64,000 nucleotides of DNA from an uncultured bacterium. Its GTDB lineage: Bacteria > Zixibacteria > MSB-5A5 > GN15 > FEB-12. Under the pieces are notes generated by a model. The model saw only the letters and a program-made list of their open reading frames with translations, ran no database searches and was not told the DNA's origin. The stretch spans positions 96,001-160,000 of the forward strand of contig CBDVDR010000003.1 in assembly GCA_965372795.1 (NCBI GenBank). Reading direction: 5' to 3'. Both the position numbers and the translations under genes were made by a program. Positions 61,951 through 64,000 of this stretch are shown here, piece by piece. The number at the start of each line of letters is the position of its first letter. Position 1 is the stretch's first letter.

Positions 61951-62808
61951 ATGAAAAAGAATACAAATACATATATCCGTTCGGCGGCATTTTTTTTAAT
62001 GCTAATATTGACTATATCGAGCCTTGTTGTCTCATATGCTTCTGCCCAGATAATCAAAGAAAATGACCCCCAATTAAATAAGATTGATGTCATAGAGCAT
62101 CTGGGTGAATATATCCCGCTTGATTTATCATTTAAAAATGATAGAGGGCAGGAAGTTCTCCTCGGTGATTATTTTAGTAAAAACAAACCGGTTATTTTGG
62201 TCATGGCATATTATGAATGTCCGATGCTTTGCAATTTGGTTTTGAACGGTTTAAGTAATGGCATCCATAAGCTCGGATGGCAGCCGGGTGAAAACTATCA
62301 AATTCTAACGGTTAGCTTTGATCCGACAGAAACACCGGAGTTAGCGGCCTCGAAAAAGAAAAATTATTTAGCATCAATAGATGTCAACGAATCTTCAGGG
62401 TGGGATTTCTTAGTTGGCGAAGAAGAGCAATCAAAAAAATTAGCTGAGGCATTGGGGTTTCAATATTACTATGATGAGTCGCAGGAACAATATGCTCATC
62501 CGGCAGTTATATTTTTATTATCCGAAGATGGAAAAATCAGCCGTTATCTGTACGGGATGGATTTCCCGAAAAAAAACTTAAAATTAGCAATTTTAGAAGC
62601 TGCTGATGGAAAAGTTGGCACTACCATTGATCGAATAATTCTTTACTGTTTTCACTATGATCCTAATGCCGGTGGCTATGTTGTTTTTGCAGGCAATGTC
62701 ATGAAGCTCGGCGGTGCCATTACTCTGTTGGCGCTGCTTGTTTTGGTCGCAGTTTTATGGAGCAAGGAACAGTATCGAAAAGTTCAATCGCAAACGGTTA
62801 AATTATAA
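61951..62808 (+). CDS. SCO family copper chaperone
   Basis: YYECPMLC (CxxxC) and YAHPA. Confidence 0.9.
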   Translation: MKKNTNTYIRSAAFFLMLILTISSLVVSYASAQIIKENDPQLNKIDVIEHLGEYIPLDLSFKNDRGQEVLLGDYFSKNKPVILVMAYYECPMLCNLVLNGLSNGIHKLGWQPGENYQILTVSFDPTETPELAASKKKNYLASIDVNESSGWDFLVGEEEQSKKLAEALGFQYYYDESQEQYAHPAVIFLLSEDGKISRYLYGMDFPKKNLKLAILEAADGKVGTTIDRIILYCFHYDPNAGGYVVFAGNVMKLGGAITLLALLVLVAVLWSKEQYRKVQSQTVKL

Positions 62809-62832
62809 GCAGGAGATGCAAGGTTAGTTAAT

Positions 62833-63774
62833 ATGGATTCAAGTTTTGCAAGTGTAATGCCACAAGGGTCATCGACTATTGCCGGCGACGTTGATTCGCT
62901 GTTCAATTTCATTTTTTACAGCAGTGCGGTAATATTTGGATTAGTGGTTTTTGCGATTATATTTTTCATAGTTAGATACCGGCGTAAAGGGGAAGCTACG
63001 AAAACATCCGGAGTTGATCATAACTTAACTCTGGAAATTGTCTGGACTGTTATTCCGACAATATTAATTATTATCGTATTTATATGGGGTTTTAAAGATT
63101 ATGTGCGAATGTTTGTAACTCCCCATGATGCGATGGAAGTCAAAGTCACCGGGCAAAAATGGTTTTGGAGCTTTGATTATCCCGAAGGAGCCAATTCGGT
63201 TAATGAACTGGTAGTGCCCTTTGGCCGGCCGGTAAAACTTCTGATGTCCTCAAAAGATGTTATCCATAGTTTCTTTGTCCCTGATTTTCGCGTTAAGATG
63301 GATGTTCTTCCTAATCGATATTCAATTACCTGGTTTCAGGCGACCGATACCGGGAGCTATGATCTATTTTGTACCGAGTTTTGCGGCAAGGGTCATTCTG
63401 AAATGATCGCCAAAGTAAGAGTCCTTCCGGAAGAAGAATTTATTAAATGGCTTGATGAAAGCAGTGCTTCCGGCGAAGGAATGACGCTTGAAGAGTTTGG
63501 AGCCAAACTGTATCGAACCAAAGCCTGTTACACTTGTCATTCGGTTGATAATACAAAAAATGTAGGACCAAGTTTTAACGGAATTTTTGGCAAAATGGAA
63601 AAGATGGAAGATGGGTCCGAGGTTTTAAGTGATGAAAATTATATTAGGGAATCAATTCTAAATCCTAAGGCAAAAGTTGTTGCCGGATATGAACCGGTAA
63701 TGCCGACTTATCAAACGATTTTAAAAGACAGACAGATTGATGCTTTGATTGCCTATATAAAGTCTCTTAAGTAG
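62833..63774 (+). CDS. coxB: Cytochrome c oxidase subunit II with fused cytochrome c (caa3 type)
   Basis: DVIHSF, CTEFCGKGHSEM CuA site; C-terminal CYTCH and MP. Confidence 0.95.
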   Translation: MDSSFASVMPQGSSTIAGDVDSLFNFIFYSSAVIFGLVVFAIIFFIVRYRRKGEATKTSGVDHNLTLEIVWTVIPTILIIIVFIWGFKDYVRMFVTPHDAMEVKVTGQKWFWSFDYPEGANSVNELVVPFGRPVKLLMSSKDVIHSFFVPDFRVKMDVLPNRYSITWFQATDTGSYDLFCTEFCGKGHSEMIAKVRVLPEEEFIKWLDESSASGEGMTLEEFGAKLYRTKACYTCHSVDNTKNVGPSFNGIFGKMEKMEDGSEVLSDENYIRESILNPKAKVVAGYEPVMPTYQTILKDRQIDALIAYIKSLK

Positions 63775-63785
63775 TGAGAAAGTAA

Positions 63786-64000
63786 ATGAGCGATAAACCA
63801 AAATTAAGTTATTTAAACGAGGAAAAAGGATTAAAGTCCTGGCTGTTGACCAAAGATCATAAACGAATCGGGATCATGTATCTCTATGCGATTATGACTT
63901 CTTTCTTCATAGGCGGGATGTTTGCCCTGTTGATTAGACTCGAACTTTTTAGTCCCGATAAAATAATTGTTGATGCTGATACTTACAATCAGTTATTCAC
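63786..64000 (+). CDS. coxA: Cytochrome c oxidase subunit I (3'-partial)
   Basis: MSDKPK...SWLLTKDHKRIGIMY...GGMFALLIRLEL...TYNQLFT; runs off the window. Confidence 0.9.
   Translation, partial: MSDKPKLSYLNEEKGLKSWLLTKDHKRIGIMYLYAIMTSFFIGGMFALLIRLELFSPDKIIVDADTYNQLF

Overview
AT-rich bacterial chromosomal window. The C-terminal dockerin-like and FlgD-Ig secreted proteins and the kinase-TPR paralogs are typical of candidate phylum Zixibacteria or FCB-related lineages, but this assignment is inference. Ordinary content: secreted FG-GAP, beta-helix and dockerin-like proteins, an M14 peptidase, an AI-2E transporter, a DUF4212/sodium:solute symporter/porin unit, two Ser/Thr kinase-TPR proteins, a PP2C phosphatase, rubrerythrin, and heme o synthase followed by an alternative complex III (actABCDEF) to caa3 oxidase operon that runs off the right edge. 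Notable items: (1) a very AT-rich cassette in which a kinase-TPR-GAF-sigma54 activator is followed by two tandem -24/-12 promoter motifs, a 78-aa secreted peptide gene and a wHTH-WYL-like regulator, a possible peptide-signalling module; (2) tRNA-Lys(CTT) followed by two further copies of its 3' end plus flank, delimiting two integrase-less cassettes; (3) a chlI/chlD-type chelatase gene split by a -1 frameshift at an A10G run; (4) an Arg/Thr-rich protein with a Myb-like core; (5) an intact DNA-binding/Fic pair left between decayed type III mod and res stumps. All family calls come from motif recognition by eye; no database searches were run.
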